From Candidatus Bathyarchaeota archaeon (GTDB taxonomy: Archaea; Thermoproteota; Bathyarchaeia; Bathyarchaeales; Bathycorpusculaceae), in the NCBI GenBank assembly GCA_963772455.1, contig CAVYXJ010000012.1:64001-128000 (forward strand): DNA of 64,000 nt, read 5' to 3'. Both the position numbers and the translations under genes were made by a program. The first letter of the stretch is position 1; every line of letters begins with the position of its first letter. Positions 32,112-42,348 of this stretch are shown here, piece after piece. The notes under the pieces were generated by a model that did no database searches, was not told the DNA's origin, and worked only from the letters and a program-made list of their open reading frames with translations.

Positions 32112-32987
32112 GTGGATGCGCCCTACATTGAAGAGTTAAAAAAAGAAACTGCTTTATTGGAAGGTGGAAAAAAAAGCAAAATAGAAGACGGCAAATCTTG
32201 GGCAGATTTGCTCAAGACACTTAATGTTGACTATTCATCGAAGCTTCTTGATCATGAAAGAGATGATGCAAGAAAGGCTGAAGCGACACACAAAGTCCTT
32301 TAAAAAAGTTTCAATGCAGTTCCCAATGAAATTGTGCAAACTGCAAAAGAGCGATTATTGTTAGATGAACATTTGAAAGCAACTTTGGTTGGGATGGATT
32401 TGAGCCTGAATTTCATTGGGTAACATATTCCCTTCCTTATGATCGCAACGGAAAAGTGGAATTCTGGGAAGTGGGAAGTGACGGCAAAGTAGAAGGTACG
32501 CTGTTGGAGCTGGTAGCGGTTGGGAGGACTAACATTCAACGAGCGTAAAATGTTGGTTTTGGTACTACATATCAGGAGAATTTGCAAAGCACCCAGGAAC
32601 ATCGTATACTGACCTTACTTTGATTTGCATGGCAACCACTGGGTCAGATCAAACGATGGATACTTTACATCAAAGGAAGCATCCATAAGACTATCAATAA
32701 CAACAAGAGTTTTCAGGACCTACTACAGTTATTCGACTTTTTTCGCTTGGAACGTTCTCAACAAAGGTAATGATAACATTGATGAAAATGGAAGAGTTGA
32801 TTTCACAGGATGGAATAATACTACAAAAGGCGAAAGCCAAGTTGAGGTTGGTGAACCATTAACCGTCGAAGTTATCGCGGAGCTTCGGAGCTATGTTGAA
32901 GGCAGTGACTCACACGCTTTACTTGATTTCCAAACAGGAGAAAATAACAACATAAGGATCCCTTTTATCAGAGTGTGGATGCCTTGA
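32112..32987 (+). pseudogene. Degraded gene of unknown function with in-frame stops and frameshifts
   Basis: Protein-like reading continues past TAA at 32301 (KSFNAVPNEIVQTAKERLL), shifts frame (FEPEFHWVTYS..., AVGAGSGWED*...CWFWYY) and runs into ORF 32625-32987. Confidence 0.55.
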
Positions 32988-33123
32988 AATAACCCCTAAA
33001 TTCCTTTTTATGTTAATTTTTTTGTGAGAAAAGGACTGCAATATTTATGCTAAGTTAACCTCTTTTTTTAAACCAATTAAGTAGATAAATTTCCTAGGCT
33101 TCTATTCAAAATTCTCTTGATAT

Positions 33124-34666
33124 TTAAGTTTTGAAGATGAAGTTATCTTTACCGTTCAAGTTTTTGATTGGAATTGTTAACAATATTTTTGCTCCTTCAC
33201 CAGGTTTACTTATTTCTTGGATTTGCCAACCGTAAATATCAATCATCTTTTTCGACAGATGCAAGCCAAACCCCGTGCTTCCTCCGGTACTGAAGCCTTC
33301 TTTGAAAAGATTTTCCTTATTCTGTTCCGTGATGCCAACACCATCATCTTCAAAGAACAATCTCAATTCACCCAACTTAGAAATCTCATTGTAGACTTTT
33401 ATTTCAGTAGTTTTTTTGCCGTATTTTCTTGTATTATCAATAAAATTATAGAACAGCTGCCTTAGAAATGAATCAGCTAACAAACTCAAGCTAGGGCAAT
33501 CGACTTTTACTTTAAAGTTTAAACCGGAAAAAAGAGCTACCGCCTCATTTAGTGTCTGTTCAACTTCAATGTATTTTAATTTTTCAACACCCAGCTGATC
33601 GTAAATTCTAGCAAACTCAAAAATCTTCACCGATTCCTTTACGGCATTCTCAATTCTATCCAATCCATCAATTAAATCAGTTTGATCGGCATATTTTTTC
33701 TTTAGCAAATATGTGTTTGCTGTTACTGAGGATAATTTATTTCTAATGTCATGTCTTATCAAGGCTCCGACAACATTTAATTTTTCATTCATTAATTCAA
33801 GATTGCGATGATTTTCTTGCAAGCTTAATTCTGCTTTCTTTCGGTTAGTAATATCTAATACAACAGCCATCGTTCCAACATTTCTTCCTTCATTATCTCT
33901 TATGATTGAAGTTGAAAACAATACATTGATCAGTTCTCCATCTTTTCTAATAAACTCAAATTCAAATTCCCCTGGAACGCCTTCTTTACAAAAATTCAAA
34001 TAATATTGAGCATGTGCAACTCCTATTTCGGGTATGAAAGAGAATAGACTTTTTCCAATTATTTCACTTTCTTGAAATCCTAGGATTTCAGACATATGTG
34101 GATTTGCAAAGACTATGTCTTCTTCAGAATTAAGCGCTATTATTCCTTCGTGAGCAATTGAAACCAACTGACGATTTTTCTCCTCGCTCTCTTTTAATTC
34201 AGCCTCCGCTTTTTTATTTGTTACAACAAGTTTTACGCCATGAACCAACTCTCCATAGACTGTTTCAGGTGAACCTTGCTTGTTAAAGTACCCATCTGCT
34301 CCAAGATTCAGAGCCTTTATTGCTACTTCTTCTCGACCCTTTCCCGTAAACAATATGAATGGAGTTACATTCTTCTCTTCTCGCAACTCCTTCAAAAACT
34401 CAAGACCAGTTTTTTGGGGCATTTCATAATCAGAAATAATAATATCGTATTGACCAGTTTTCAATTTCTTAATAGCTTCATCAACACAGATAGCGTTGTG
34501 AATTTCAAAGTCTCCCTCTAGCATTAGAATCTGCTTTGAGACTTCTAGCAAAGCTCTGTCGTCGTCAACGTGTAAGACCCGAATAATGTTCTTTTTGGTT
34601 GAGGGCGTAATATCAATCGACCCACAGAATATTGAATTATCGAGATTTTGAGTTTGAATTTATCAT
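33124..34666 (-). CDS. REC-PAS-histidine kinase; 5' end frameshifted near 34660
   Basis: Frame extends upstream of 34551 as IRVLHVDDD; ISDYEMP, FTGKG, PAS domain, RHDIRN H-box, DDGVG, GSTGFGL. Confidence 0.88.
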
Positions 34667-34807
34667 ACCAGCAGAAATTAGCTTGTAAATTTATGATATA
34701 TCGTTTATGACGTTGAAATATTGAGCACTGATTAAATAATGGAGATAGCGATAGATTACTAAGGCGTTTCGATTTGATTATTGCTCGATTTTACATATTG
34801 AATTGAG

Positions 34808-37114
34808 CTAATAGTTCTCGGGAGAACAATGATTAAAGAGGTTATTGTTCTCATATCCTCTAATAGAATCGTGAACTTTTTTTATGGAGTAATTGGAGAA
34901 ACTTAGAAGACTTGCCGCGGAAGCATATAGAAGCTGCAGATATTTTCGTGTATCAGGGTTCACACCTTTATCTAATAATTGTTCAGCTTTAACTCGACGT
35001 TCAAACCGCTTGTTAGTTGAATCAGTAAATACGAAATGTACGCTTTTTCCTGCATGAACTTCGCTGCCCTCCCTCATTAATTGCTCAGCAGCAATAACTT
35101 GGCTCACATGTTGCTTGTAGTGCTTGGGATTTTTAGATAAATGCTTGGATATAATCAAATCCTCGATGGGCGCTTCACCGTCGATTAGTTTTAGCCTATA
35201 AGCCTTTATCACGTTTAATGCTTCAGGAATTTTCTGCATAAATTCTGCAGAGGTATTGGCTGCCGAAAATACGTTGATCATTTCCATTTGTGCATTATAA
35301 ACAAACATAGGCGTGTCGTGTTTCCGTACTTCTATACCCCTAATTTTTAATTTTCCGCTCTCCATTACCCCATAGTAACGATTTAAGACGCCAATGTTTG
35401 GATGCATTTTTGAAGGCAAGAAAACAATCCATTTGTATCTCCCTTCAAAGTTCAACGGAACCTCAATATCGTTACTTACTTTTTTGCATAAATCGCCATA
35501 GTCTTCCAGGGTTGCATCATCCTTTTTCAGCCATAAGGAATCAACTATTCCATGAAGAACCTCAAATCCTCTGCTCTCAGATATACGAGCAGCCCTAAGA
35601 AATGCATCTCTACCAAACGCACAAACTCCAATATGCCCATCAACAGTCCCAAACTTTGCATTCCTATAACCCAAATAACCAAAACAGGTTACTAGAATCC
35701 ATTTCAAAGCAATCTGACGGTTATCATACATCTCCTTGAGTTTGGAACTTATTACCTCATCTCGCAATTGCTTATACTTCAACCTTTTATTTACAACAAG
35801 TTTCAAGGCTTTTGGAACAACACCTTCCCGTTTCTCACAAATGTTGTAGTTTAATTCTGGGATTCGCAAATGTGAATCTGGACAGCATTTACAGAGCACC
35901 GTTTCGGCTGAAATATTGTTGTTAACCATTAGACTTGGATACATCGATGAAAAATCTACTTCACCTATGTTGTCGTGTATACCTACTTTTGGTTCATAGA
36001 CAAAGCCGCCTCTATCTGCCACGAGAAGTTCGTAGGCTGATTTGAAGGCTTCAGGTATGCTTTTGTTTCGGGGGATCAGCATTTCTTGTTTAAAGGCTTG
36101 GTAGAACTGAAGAGAAGACATACTGGTACCTATAGATGAACGGGATGAAGTGTGCAGGGGTGCCCGACAGATTCTGGCTATTTCAAATAGACCCTGAAAA
36201 CTACTTTCGTTTAGAATGAATGTGTTGCCAGCGTCTATATGGACTCTTCCATAAAGACGAATAGTTGGGGCTTTGTAGAATGTGCGACCATATGAAAAGA
36301 AGGTTTTTCCCTGTTGTGCTTTGGGAACAAATGGAATTTCATCTCGGCTTAGTATAAACTTGTCAGAAACTTCACTGACGATTGCTCGATGAAGCAAGTA
36401 TGAAAAAAAGTAGGAATCTCCTCCATTAGTAACTATTATGTCTGGATCAAGTTCCTTCACCATCTTACTTAACTGAAGGAGCTTTTCTGATTCATGATCT
36501 GTGTCAATAATAATTCGCTTTTCTTCTTGCTCTATGCTAATGTTAGCTATTGGGTCTTGAAGACTCGCTATTTTACTGGTTTTAGCTATTTCGATTTTTA
36601 GATGCATGATTCTCAAGGGGGGAAGAGCATAATCGACGCTTTCTACAGAATCCAGAAGAGTATACCTTAACCCTTCTTTGAGGTTTTCAACCTCTAAGAA
36701 CGCAAGAGGAAACAAATCGTGCGTAAAAAAATAAGTTCTATCGCCGCGTAAATCGCAATTATGAACTTCAAGGCGCATGTAATCACCCATTTTCAGTATT
36801 TGATTGGTTAAGGATGACACTTTTCTGCAATCCTTGAGGGTAATCTCTAAAACTCTTGATTTTTCTGAATCCGTCGGTTGTACGAATTTGTAGACAAAAT
36901 TCCAGTTTGCAATATCTGAGTTTGAATAGATTTTGCCGACCAGTTTTTCTTGATCTTCTTTTATTCCCGATACGTAAATCTTAGGTTGAAATTTATCGGT
37001 TAACCTGATTCTTTGGCCGTTTTCACTTATGATCCATACTGCCATCTCGCCAATGTTAGATGGATAAACGTCGAATATCCAGCCGCGAATTTTAGGGCTG
37101 GCGTTTGATTGCAT
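34808..37114 (-). CDS. polB2: Family B DNA polymerase, PolB2 subfamily
   Basis: Motif A DFSSMYPS, altered motif B KWILVTCFGYLG, altered motif C HGIVDS, IRGIEVRKHD; typical PolB2 gene context. Confidence 0.9.
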   Translation of the reverse strand: MQSNASPKIRGWIFDVYPSNIGEMAVWIISENGQRIRLTDKFQPKIYVSGIKEDQEKLVGKIYSNSDIANWNFVYKFVQPTDSEKSRVLEITLKDCRKVSSLTNQILKMGDYMRLEVHNCDLRGDRTYFFTHDLFPLAFLEVENLKEGLRYTLLDSVESVDYALPPLRIMHLKIEIAKTSKIASLQDPIANISIEQEEKRIIIDTDHESEKLLQLSKMVKELDPDIIVTNGGDSYFFSYLLHRAIVSEVSDKFILSRDEIPFVPKAQQGKTFFSYGRTFYKAPTIRLYGRVHIDAGNTFILNESSFQGLFEIARICRAPLHTSSRSSIGTSMSSLQFYQAFKQEMLIPRNKSIPEAFKSAYELLVADRGGFVYEPKVGIHDNIGEVDFSSMYPSLMVNNNISAETVLCKCCPDSHLRIPELNYNICEKREGVVPKALKLVVNKRLKYKQLRDEVISSKLKEMYDNRQIALKWILVTCFGYLGYRNAKFGTVDGHIGVCAFGRDAFLRAARISESRGFEVLHGIVDSLWLKKDDATLEDYGDLCKKVSNDIEVPLNFEGRYKWIVFLPSKMHPNIGVLNRYYGVMESGKLKIRGIEVRKHDTPMFVYNAQMEMINVFSAANTSAEFMQKIPEALNVIKAYRLKLIDGEAPIEDLIISKHLSKNPKHYKQHVSQVIAAEQLMREGSEVHAGKSVHFVFTDSTNKRFERRVKAEQLLDKGVNPDTRKYLQLLYASAASLLSFSNYSIKKVHDSIRGYENNNLFNHCSPENY

Positions 37115-37352
37115 CTAAAGCCTTCTCTAATTGACTAATTTTCTTTTGCTGCGATACCAGAATTGAGATTACCATGGGTTCGAAGAGTATAGGTTGGGTA
37201 GCATTGCTTCCAGCCGATGCAAAATTTCTGCAAGCATCCATTAGCGCATCAAATGCTGCCTTATCCTCAATTCTCAAGGCTTTTCCAAATCCAGACCACC
37301 GACTTATTTCGTCTTCCAACGCCATTCGGTAGGATTCAACTGTTTTTCCCAT
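37092..37352 (-). CDS. Small helical PolB2-associated protein
   Basis: MGKTVESYRMALEDEISRWSGFGKALRIED pattern; directly upstream of polB2. Confidence 0.8.
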   Translation of the reverse strand: MGKTVESYRMALEDEISRWSGFGKALRIEDKAAFDALMDACRNFASAGSNATQPILFEPMVISILVSQQKKISQLEKALDAIKRQP

Positions 37353-38080
37353 TAGGCGTTAGCCTCCACAAAATCAGCTAATGTTGTATCTTCCAAGGGG
37401 ACTTCAGATACACCTGTGGATAGGTAAGGATGTTTTTCTAAAAGAAATTGTCTTGCGAAACTTGTTTTCCTCAGGGATAAAACAACGTTTGCTCGGGTAC
37501 ATGTTTGGGTTTGGAGAAAGTTGTTTCTTGATGAGTCTGCATGTTGTGGGTAGGTTGCAATCACTATTGTTTGTGTTTTTCTGGCAAAATTGGAAAGATA
37601 AGTAGTTAGTTGGCTGAAGATTCTTTGAGCTTCATAATCTGGAATATCTTTATCTAAGAAGAATCCCGCTATATCCGAAATTATCACCAGTTTAGCACTG
37701 TATTTTCTGATGGTTTCTCCAAGATGGTGCATGACAAGCGAAGTTGCTTGGTAAGCTGTGAAGGCTCTAGAAATGTAAATGTTATCTAAAACTTGCTTGG
37801 GACTAAGATTATGAATCCGCGCTAATTCTGCTATGTAATACAGTCTAAAAGTGTTGCCTCCATCAATAAAGATGACATTGCTTTGAAGTCCGCCTAGTTG
37901 AGCGGGTAATTGTGCTGTTACACATAACAAAGAAGCTAAAGATAGAACAGACGAACCTTGAAGAACTGCGAAATCGCCCAATGCAAAACCTGGAAAAATC
38001 TCGTTAACGCGTCTAATGTTCAATGGAAAAATCGGTTGAGATAACGCAGGCTTAACAATTAAATTTTGATTCATTCTCAC
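37352..38080 (-). CDS. Inactive RadA/RecA-fold protein (ImuA-like)
   Basis: VIFIDGGNTF, ISRAFTAYQ; Walker A degenerate (LQGSSVLS); ends TTLADFV. Confidence 0.82.
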   Translation of the reverse strand: MRMNQNLIVKPALSQPIFPLNIRRVNEIFPGFALGDFAVLQGSSVLSLASLLCVTAQLPAQLGGLQSNVIFIDGGNTFRLYYIAELARIHNLSPKQVLDNIYISRAFTAYQATSLVMHHLGETIRKYSAKLVIISDIAGFFLDKDIPDYEAQRIFSQLTTYLSNFARKTQTIVIATYPQHADSSRNNFLQTQTCTRANVVLSLRKTSFARQFLLEKHPYLSTGVSEVPLEDTTLADFVEANA

Positions 38081-38281
38081 AAATCTCCCTTTTATCGAAG
38101 GATAGCAAAGGGCAGTTTCTCGTTTTTAAATGGTGACTTTAAACTACTATTTTGAAAAGCAGGGTCCTAATTGAAAGTGAAGTAAGAAAATGAAAGAGCA
38201 CAAAACTATAGAATCTAAGCGCAAGGCAAAATAAGCATAAAAGCAACTATACCTAACTAACGAAATTAACAAATAACTAAA

Positions 38282-38794
38282 GTGAAAAATGTGGTGCAAG
38301 AAACAGAACTTCAAAAGTCTGCAACCGAGTCTGCATTTGAAGCCATTCAACTAGAGAAAGAAGGCAAAAACGATGAAGCGATAGCATTATTCGAGAAAGC
38401 AATTAAATGTCTCTTTCAATTAGTTGAACTTCATCCAGATTCTAACTTGAACAAAGTTTACCTTAAGCAAGCAGACGCTTACCAAGACCGGACAAAAGCA
38501 TTAAAAGAAGTTAAATCGACAATTCCCCAAAATAAGCCGATAACACCTTGTGAGATTTCCCAAACATGTGGAGACAAGATAATAGACGCCTCTTCAAGCC
38601 CAATAATTTCAGAAGTTAATAACAAAACTGATAGTGAACTTGCGGATGAAGTTAAAAATTTGAAGACCGAAGTCAACGACCTCAAAAACGAAGTAACCAC
38701 ACTTAAAAGTCTTGTATCATCCTTGAATGATGAAATAGCAGATCTAAAAACCAAAATAAACATAGTTAAAGAAAACAAGTACTACTTACCTTAG
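38282..38794 (+). CDS. Stand-alone MIT-domain protein with C-terminal coiled coil
   Basis: AFEAIQLEKEGKNDEAIALFEKAIKCL...LNKVYLKQADAYQDRTKAL resembles the Vps4/CdvC MIT domain; heptads LKTEVNDLKNEVTTLKSLVSSLNDEIADLK. Confidence 0.75.
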   Translation: MKNVVQETELQKSATESAFEAIQLEKEGKNDEAIALFEKAIKCLFQLVELHPDSNLNKVYLKQADAYQDRTKALKEVKSTIPQNKPITPCEISQTCGDKIIDASSSPIISEVNNKTDSELADEVKNLKTEVNDLKNEVTTLKSLVSSLNDEIADLKTKINIVKENKYYLP

Positions 38795-38888
38795 CCAAAT
38801 CAATTAGAAAAAAGTAAAAAAGCCTCCAAAAATTAAGAAACATACAAGTATAAGAAGTGCTTAGAATGTGGAATTGCGAACGCTAAAT

Positions 38889-38965
38889 GCGGTAATAGTA
38901 CAGCTTGGTTAGTACATAGGCTTGCCAAGTCTAGGACCCGGGTTCAAATCCCGGTTACCGCACCA
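38889..38965 (+). tRNA. tRNA-Gly(GCC), intronless, CCA encoded
   Basis: Acceptor GCGGTAA/TTACCGC, anticodon arm TAGGC-TTGCCAA-GTCTA, T arm CCGGG-TTCAAAT-CCCGG, ACCA end. Confidence 0.97.
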
Positions 38966-39157
38966 TGTTCCAGTTTATGTTTTATCTACCCAAACTGGTT
39001 GTAGCTTTTTTAACAAATTAATTCAAGAATAACAACGAAATAAAAACAGTTAAGCTGCATCATTTAGAGGTTCGTGGGTTTAATTCGATTCCTTGAGTAA
39101 AAAGCCGGGGTTGGAGTTCCACTCCCGTTGAACTGCTCAAAATTCTTGTTAAGAATC

Positions 39158-39200
39158 CTTGACTAATTTTAGTCAAGTAACCTGTACGAGAATGCTTTTA
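39158..39200 (+). promoter_or_regulatory. Palindromic operator plus BRE/TATA, copy 1
   Basis: CTTGACTAA-TT-TTAGTCAAG, 7 nt, TACGAGAA, 3 nt, TTTTA. Confidence 0.65.
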
Positions 39201-39227
39201 AAACAAACTACTTCACAATAAGTAAAT

Positions 39228-41642
39228 ATGAACTGTGTGGGCAAAACCTTAGCATATATTCTTGTCATTGTCTGCTTGGCATCATTATGCCTTACATTCG
39301 TTGAACCTTCAAAAGCCCAATCCTCCACTAACGATTGGCCAATGTTCCGCCATGACCCAAACCACAGCGGCTACACCTCCAGTAACGATTCAATGAATTA
39401 TGCCAAGCTCTTATGGAATTTCACAACTGGTGGGGGTGTAGTATCTTCTCCTGCAGTGGCAAATGGATTTCTTATCGTAGGCTCCAAAGATTGCTATGTA
39501 TATTGTATAGATGTTTCAAATGGACATTTAGTATGGAAATTTCCAACAGGAAACATAGTGGATTCTTCGCCTGCGATTGTTAATCAAAGAGTCTACATAA
39601 GCTCGCAGGATGGTTGGGTTTATTGCCTAGACTTCATAACGGGAAAGCCTTTGTGGATATCGATGGTTGGGGGATTTGCGCAATCTTCACCAACAGTTGT
39701 GGATGGCAGAGTCTTTGTGGGTTCAGGAAACCCGGAACTATTTTGCTTTAACGCTTCAGATGGCTCCCTGATTTGGAGACATCCAACACCAGATAAAGTT
39801 GAGTCTTCACCTGCAGTTTCAGAAGGCATTGTATACGTTGCTACGAACAACTACCATGTTTACGCTTTCAACGCCTCTACAGGCGGCGAATTATGGCGCA
39901 CTCATACAGGAAGCACCTTCACCTCCCCATGCATAAACAATGGATGTATCTACATTGGTTCATACGACGGCTATATCTGCTGTTTGAATTCTTCCACAGG
40001 CACAAAAATTTGGCAATATCAAACGGACGATACGGTGGCTTCTTCTCCAACTATTGCTTATGGCTACGTTTATGTAGGCTCCCAAGACAACGGAGTTTAT
40101 TGCCTCAACATTACCAGCGGAGAGAAAATATGGAAGTATCCAACGGGATATTGGGTTTGGTCTTCGCCTGCTATTGCTGACGGCAAATTATACGTTGGTT
40201 CTGAGGACTATAATGTTTACTGTTTTGATGCTTTCACCGGGGCAGTAAAATGGAGTTATGCAACGGGGAGTTCTGTGGATTCTTCTCCCGCAATCGTGAA
40301 TAACATGCTCTACTTTGGATCAAACGATCACAATGTATACGCTTTAGCTCTAACCAATTCAACCACAGAAAAAGAACCCTTGCAAACAGCCAATTCTTTA
40401 GCTTGGACTACCGTTGCCTTCAATTTGATTACATGCGCCGTGGCTGCAGCGATTCTGTTTACAATCTTTGTCTTTGCTTATTCAAACAGACAAACCAAAC
40501 AAAACTCTCCACCAATCACTGTTTCTAGCCGAAAGATAAAATGGTTTTCAGCACACTTCGATGCTCTTTGCATTTTGGCGATTCTGGCTTTCTCAACGAT
40601 ATTCTTCATAAATCTTGGCAATGGACCACTTTGGGCTGCTGACGAGCAAACGTACTCGCAGTGGGCATATCACATGGTTAAAAGTGGAGACTACCTTAAC
40701 CCGTGGGCTTTCGGAGACGTTGCACTTTGGATTGGCAAACCTCCGCTTAATATGTGGCTTATGTCCCTTTCCTACCAAATCTTGGGTGTTAGTAACTTTA
40801 GTTCAAGACTTGTAAGCGCCATGTTCGGCAGTTTATCGTTAGTTCTTATCTTCTATCTGGGGAAGAAACTGTATAATGGATATGTTGGTTTATTGTCAGC
40901 GTTTGTTTTAGGCACTTTCACAACTTTTTATATGTTTGCGAGACGGGCAATGACTGATGTGCCTTTGGTTTTCTTTATCATAGCAAGTCTTTACTTTTTA
41001 GTTTTAAGCGAGAAACCCCAGAAATCTAATCGATACTTAGCATTAAGCGGTTTATTTTTTGGTTTAGCCCTAATGACAAAGCAGGTTGGAGCTTTGCTGA
41101 TTCCTATAATTATCCTTGCTTATCTAACTGTAACAAGTAGAAGCATCAGGTTTGTTTTCACTAAACGGTTTGCTCTTTTTTGGGGAGTTGGGCTTCTAAT
41201 TATTTCTCCTTGGTTAACTTATATGGCATCTTCTTTTTCTGCGGAGTTTTGGCAATCGTATATTATGTATAGCGGGTTTAATCGAACATTTAGCCCTCTG
41301 GAAGGTCACCAAGAAGGATACCTATTCTACTTTAGCTACTTAGCTATTAACGAAAAATTGTGGGTATTATTGCTGCCTTTTGCGGTGGGACTTTGCGCTT
41401 TCAAGGCTGTTGTTAAGAAAGCAAAAGCGGACACTCTACTCATTTTATGGATTGCAGTTGTCTTTTTGATTTTCACTTTTGTTCAAACAAAACTTTTTTG
41501 GTATATTCTGCCAGTTTTTCCAGCTTTTGCAATCTCCATAAGTAGTCTGCTTTATCAGTTACTAAATAAAATCCAATATTCTATAAGAAACTCTTCTTCG
41601 TGGGGAAGCGCACACAAAAAACACAAAACAAAAACAGTTTAA
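39228..41642 (+). CDS. PQQ/BamB-like beta-propeller fused to an ArnT/PMT-type (GT-C) glycosyltransferase
   Basis: Signal peptide, WPMFRHDP, repeated SSPAV...VYVGS-D...W; then ADEQTY, GKPPL, TDVPL, LMTKQ in a multi-TM domain. Confidence 0.85.
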   Translation: MNCVGKTLAYILVIVCLASLCLTFVEPSKAQSSTNDWPMFRHDPNHSGYTSSNDSMNYAKLLWNFTTGGGVVSSPAVANGFLIVGSKDCYVYCIDVSNGHLVWKFPTGNIVDSSPAIVNQRVYISSQDGWVYCLDFITGKPLWISMVGGFAQSSPTVVDGRVFVGSGNPELFCFNASDGSLIWRHPTPDKVESSPAVSEGIVYVATNNYHVYAFNASTGGELWRTHTGSTFTSPCINNGCIYIGSYDGYICCLNSSTGTKIWQYQTDDTVASSPTIAYGYVYVGSQDNGVYCLNITSGEKIWKYPTGYWVWSSPAIADGKLYVGSEDYNVYCFDAFTGAVKWSYATGSSVDSSPAIVNNMLYFGSNDHNVYALALTNSTTEKEPLQTANSLAWTTVAFNLITCAVAAAILFTIFVFAYSNRQTKQNSPPITVSSRKIKWFSAHFDALCILAILAFSTIFFINLGNGPLWAADEQTYSQWAYHMVKSGDYLNPWAFGDVALWIGKPPLNMWLMSLSYQILGVSNFSSRLVSAMFGSLSLVLIFYLGKKLYNGYVGLLSAFVLGTFTTFYMFARRAMTDVPLVFFIIASLYFLVLSEKPQKSNRYLALSGLFFGLALMTKQVGALLIPIIILAYLTVTSRSIRFVFTKRFALFWGVGLLIISPWLTYMASSFSAEFWQSYIMYSGFNRTFSPLEGHQEGYLFYFSYLAINEKLWVLLLPFAVGLCAFKAVVKKAKADTLLILWIAVVFLIFTFVQTKLFWYILPVFPAFAISISSLLYQLLNKIQYSIRNSSSWGSAHKKHKTKTV

Positions 41643-41682
41643 CCCATTCAATTGTTATTCTAAAAATTTTTTAAGCAAGTTT

Positions 41683-41985
41683 ATGATTAAGAAGTTGATA
41701 CGTATGCCAATAATTATTAAGATTGGACCCAACATCATCGGAATTTTTTGGGCATTAGTCACCTTATTAGGTGTCATATTAGCAATAAATGGATTCTTTT
41801 ATGCTGTCAGTAGTTTAACGACTTTCGGTGAAATAGCTCCAACCAACACAGCGGTTCTTTCGAATGTAAGCGGTGGGATTGGTATTTTTATTCTCGGATT
41901 AGTTGCGACAGGAATAGGTTATCTTGGAATTCGAGGAAGAATAATAATCACAACAAATGAGAACACAAAACAGACCCTTTCTTAG
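41683..41985 (+). CDS. Small two-TM protein
   Basis: Two hydrophobic segments; ends TKQTLS. Confidence 0.6.
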   Translation: MIKKLIRMPIIIKIGPNIIGIFWALVTLLGVILAINGFFYAVSSLTTFGEIAPTNTAVLSNVSGGIGIFILGLVATGIGYLGIRGRIIITTNENTKQTLS

Positions 41986-42246
41986 TTTGAAATAATCTTT
42001 TAAGTAAGGTCAAAACAAATACAATTTGGTGATTGAGTGAGAGTAGAATTGGGTTTGTTGGGTGCTTTTGCTTTTGCGTTTGGCGCAACAATAGTATTTT
42101 TGTTAGGTTTCTGGTTTTTAAAATATTCTAGTGCCCTGAATTCGCCGTTATACCTTTTCGTTTTCTTAGGTTTTCTTTCGCTTGGTTTAGGTCTATGGTT
42201 AATTGCTCTAAGCGTAAAACCTGATACAAAACAGAACCCTTCTTAG
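41965..42246 (+). repeat. 21-nt direct repeat, two copies at gene ends
   Basis: ACAAAACAGACCCTTTCTTAG (41965-41985) and ACAAAACAGAACCCTTCTTAG (42226-42246), 19/21 identical, each ending at the TAG stop. Confidence 0.65.
42037..42246 (+). CDS. Small two-TM protein
   Basis: GGTGA RBS, two hydrophobic segments; ends TKQNPS. Confidence 0.6.
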   Translation: MRVELGLLGAFAFAFGATIVFLLGFWFLKYSSALNSPLYLFVFLGFLSLGLGLWLIALSVKPDTKQNPS

Positions 42247-42279
42247 AAATCCTATAAACAATATTCTTAGTCAAGAATT

Positions 42280-42322
42280 CTTAACTGCTCTTAGTCAAGA
42301 GTCTTATACGAGAAGTCTTTTA
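42280..42322 (+). promoter_or_regulatory. Palindromic operator plus BRE/TATA, copy 2
   Basis: CTTAACTGCTCTTAGTCAAG, 7 nt, TACGAGAA, 3 nt, TTTTA; extra half-site TTAGTCAAG at 42267. Confidence 0.6.
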
Positions 42323-42348
42323 TCTCCAAACCAAACCTAACAATAAGC

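Noticed and set aside
34808-37114. PolB as a casposon or viral polymerase
   Set aside because: PolB2 motifs and context; no cas1, terminal repeats or capsid genes
39400-40350. ~120-nt periodic similarity
   Set aside because: Explained by beta-propeller blades
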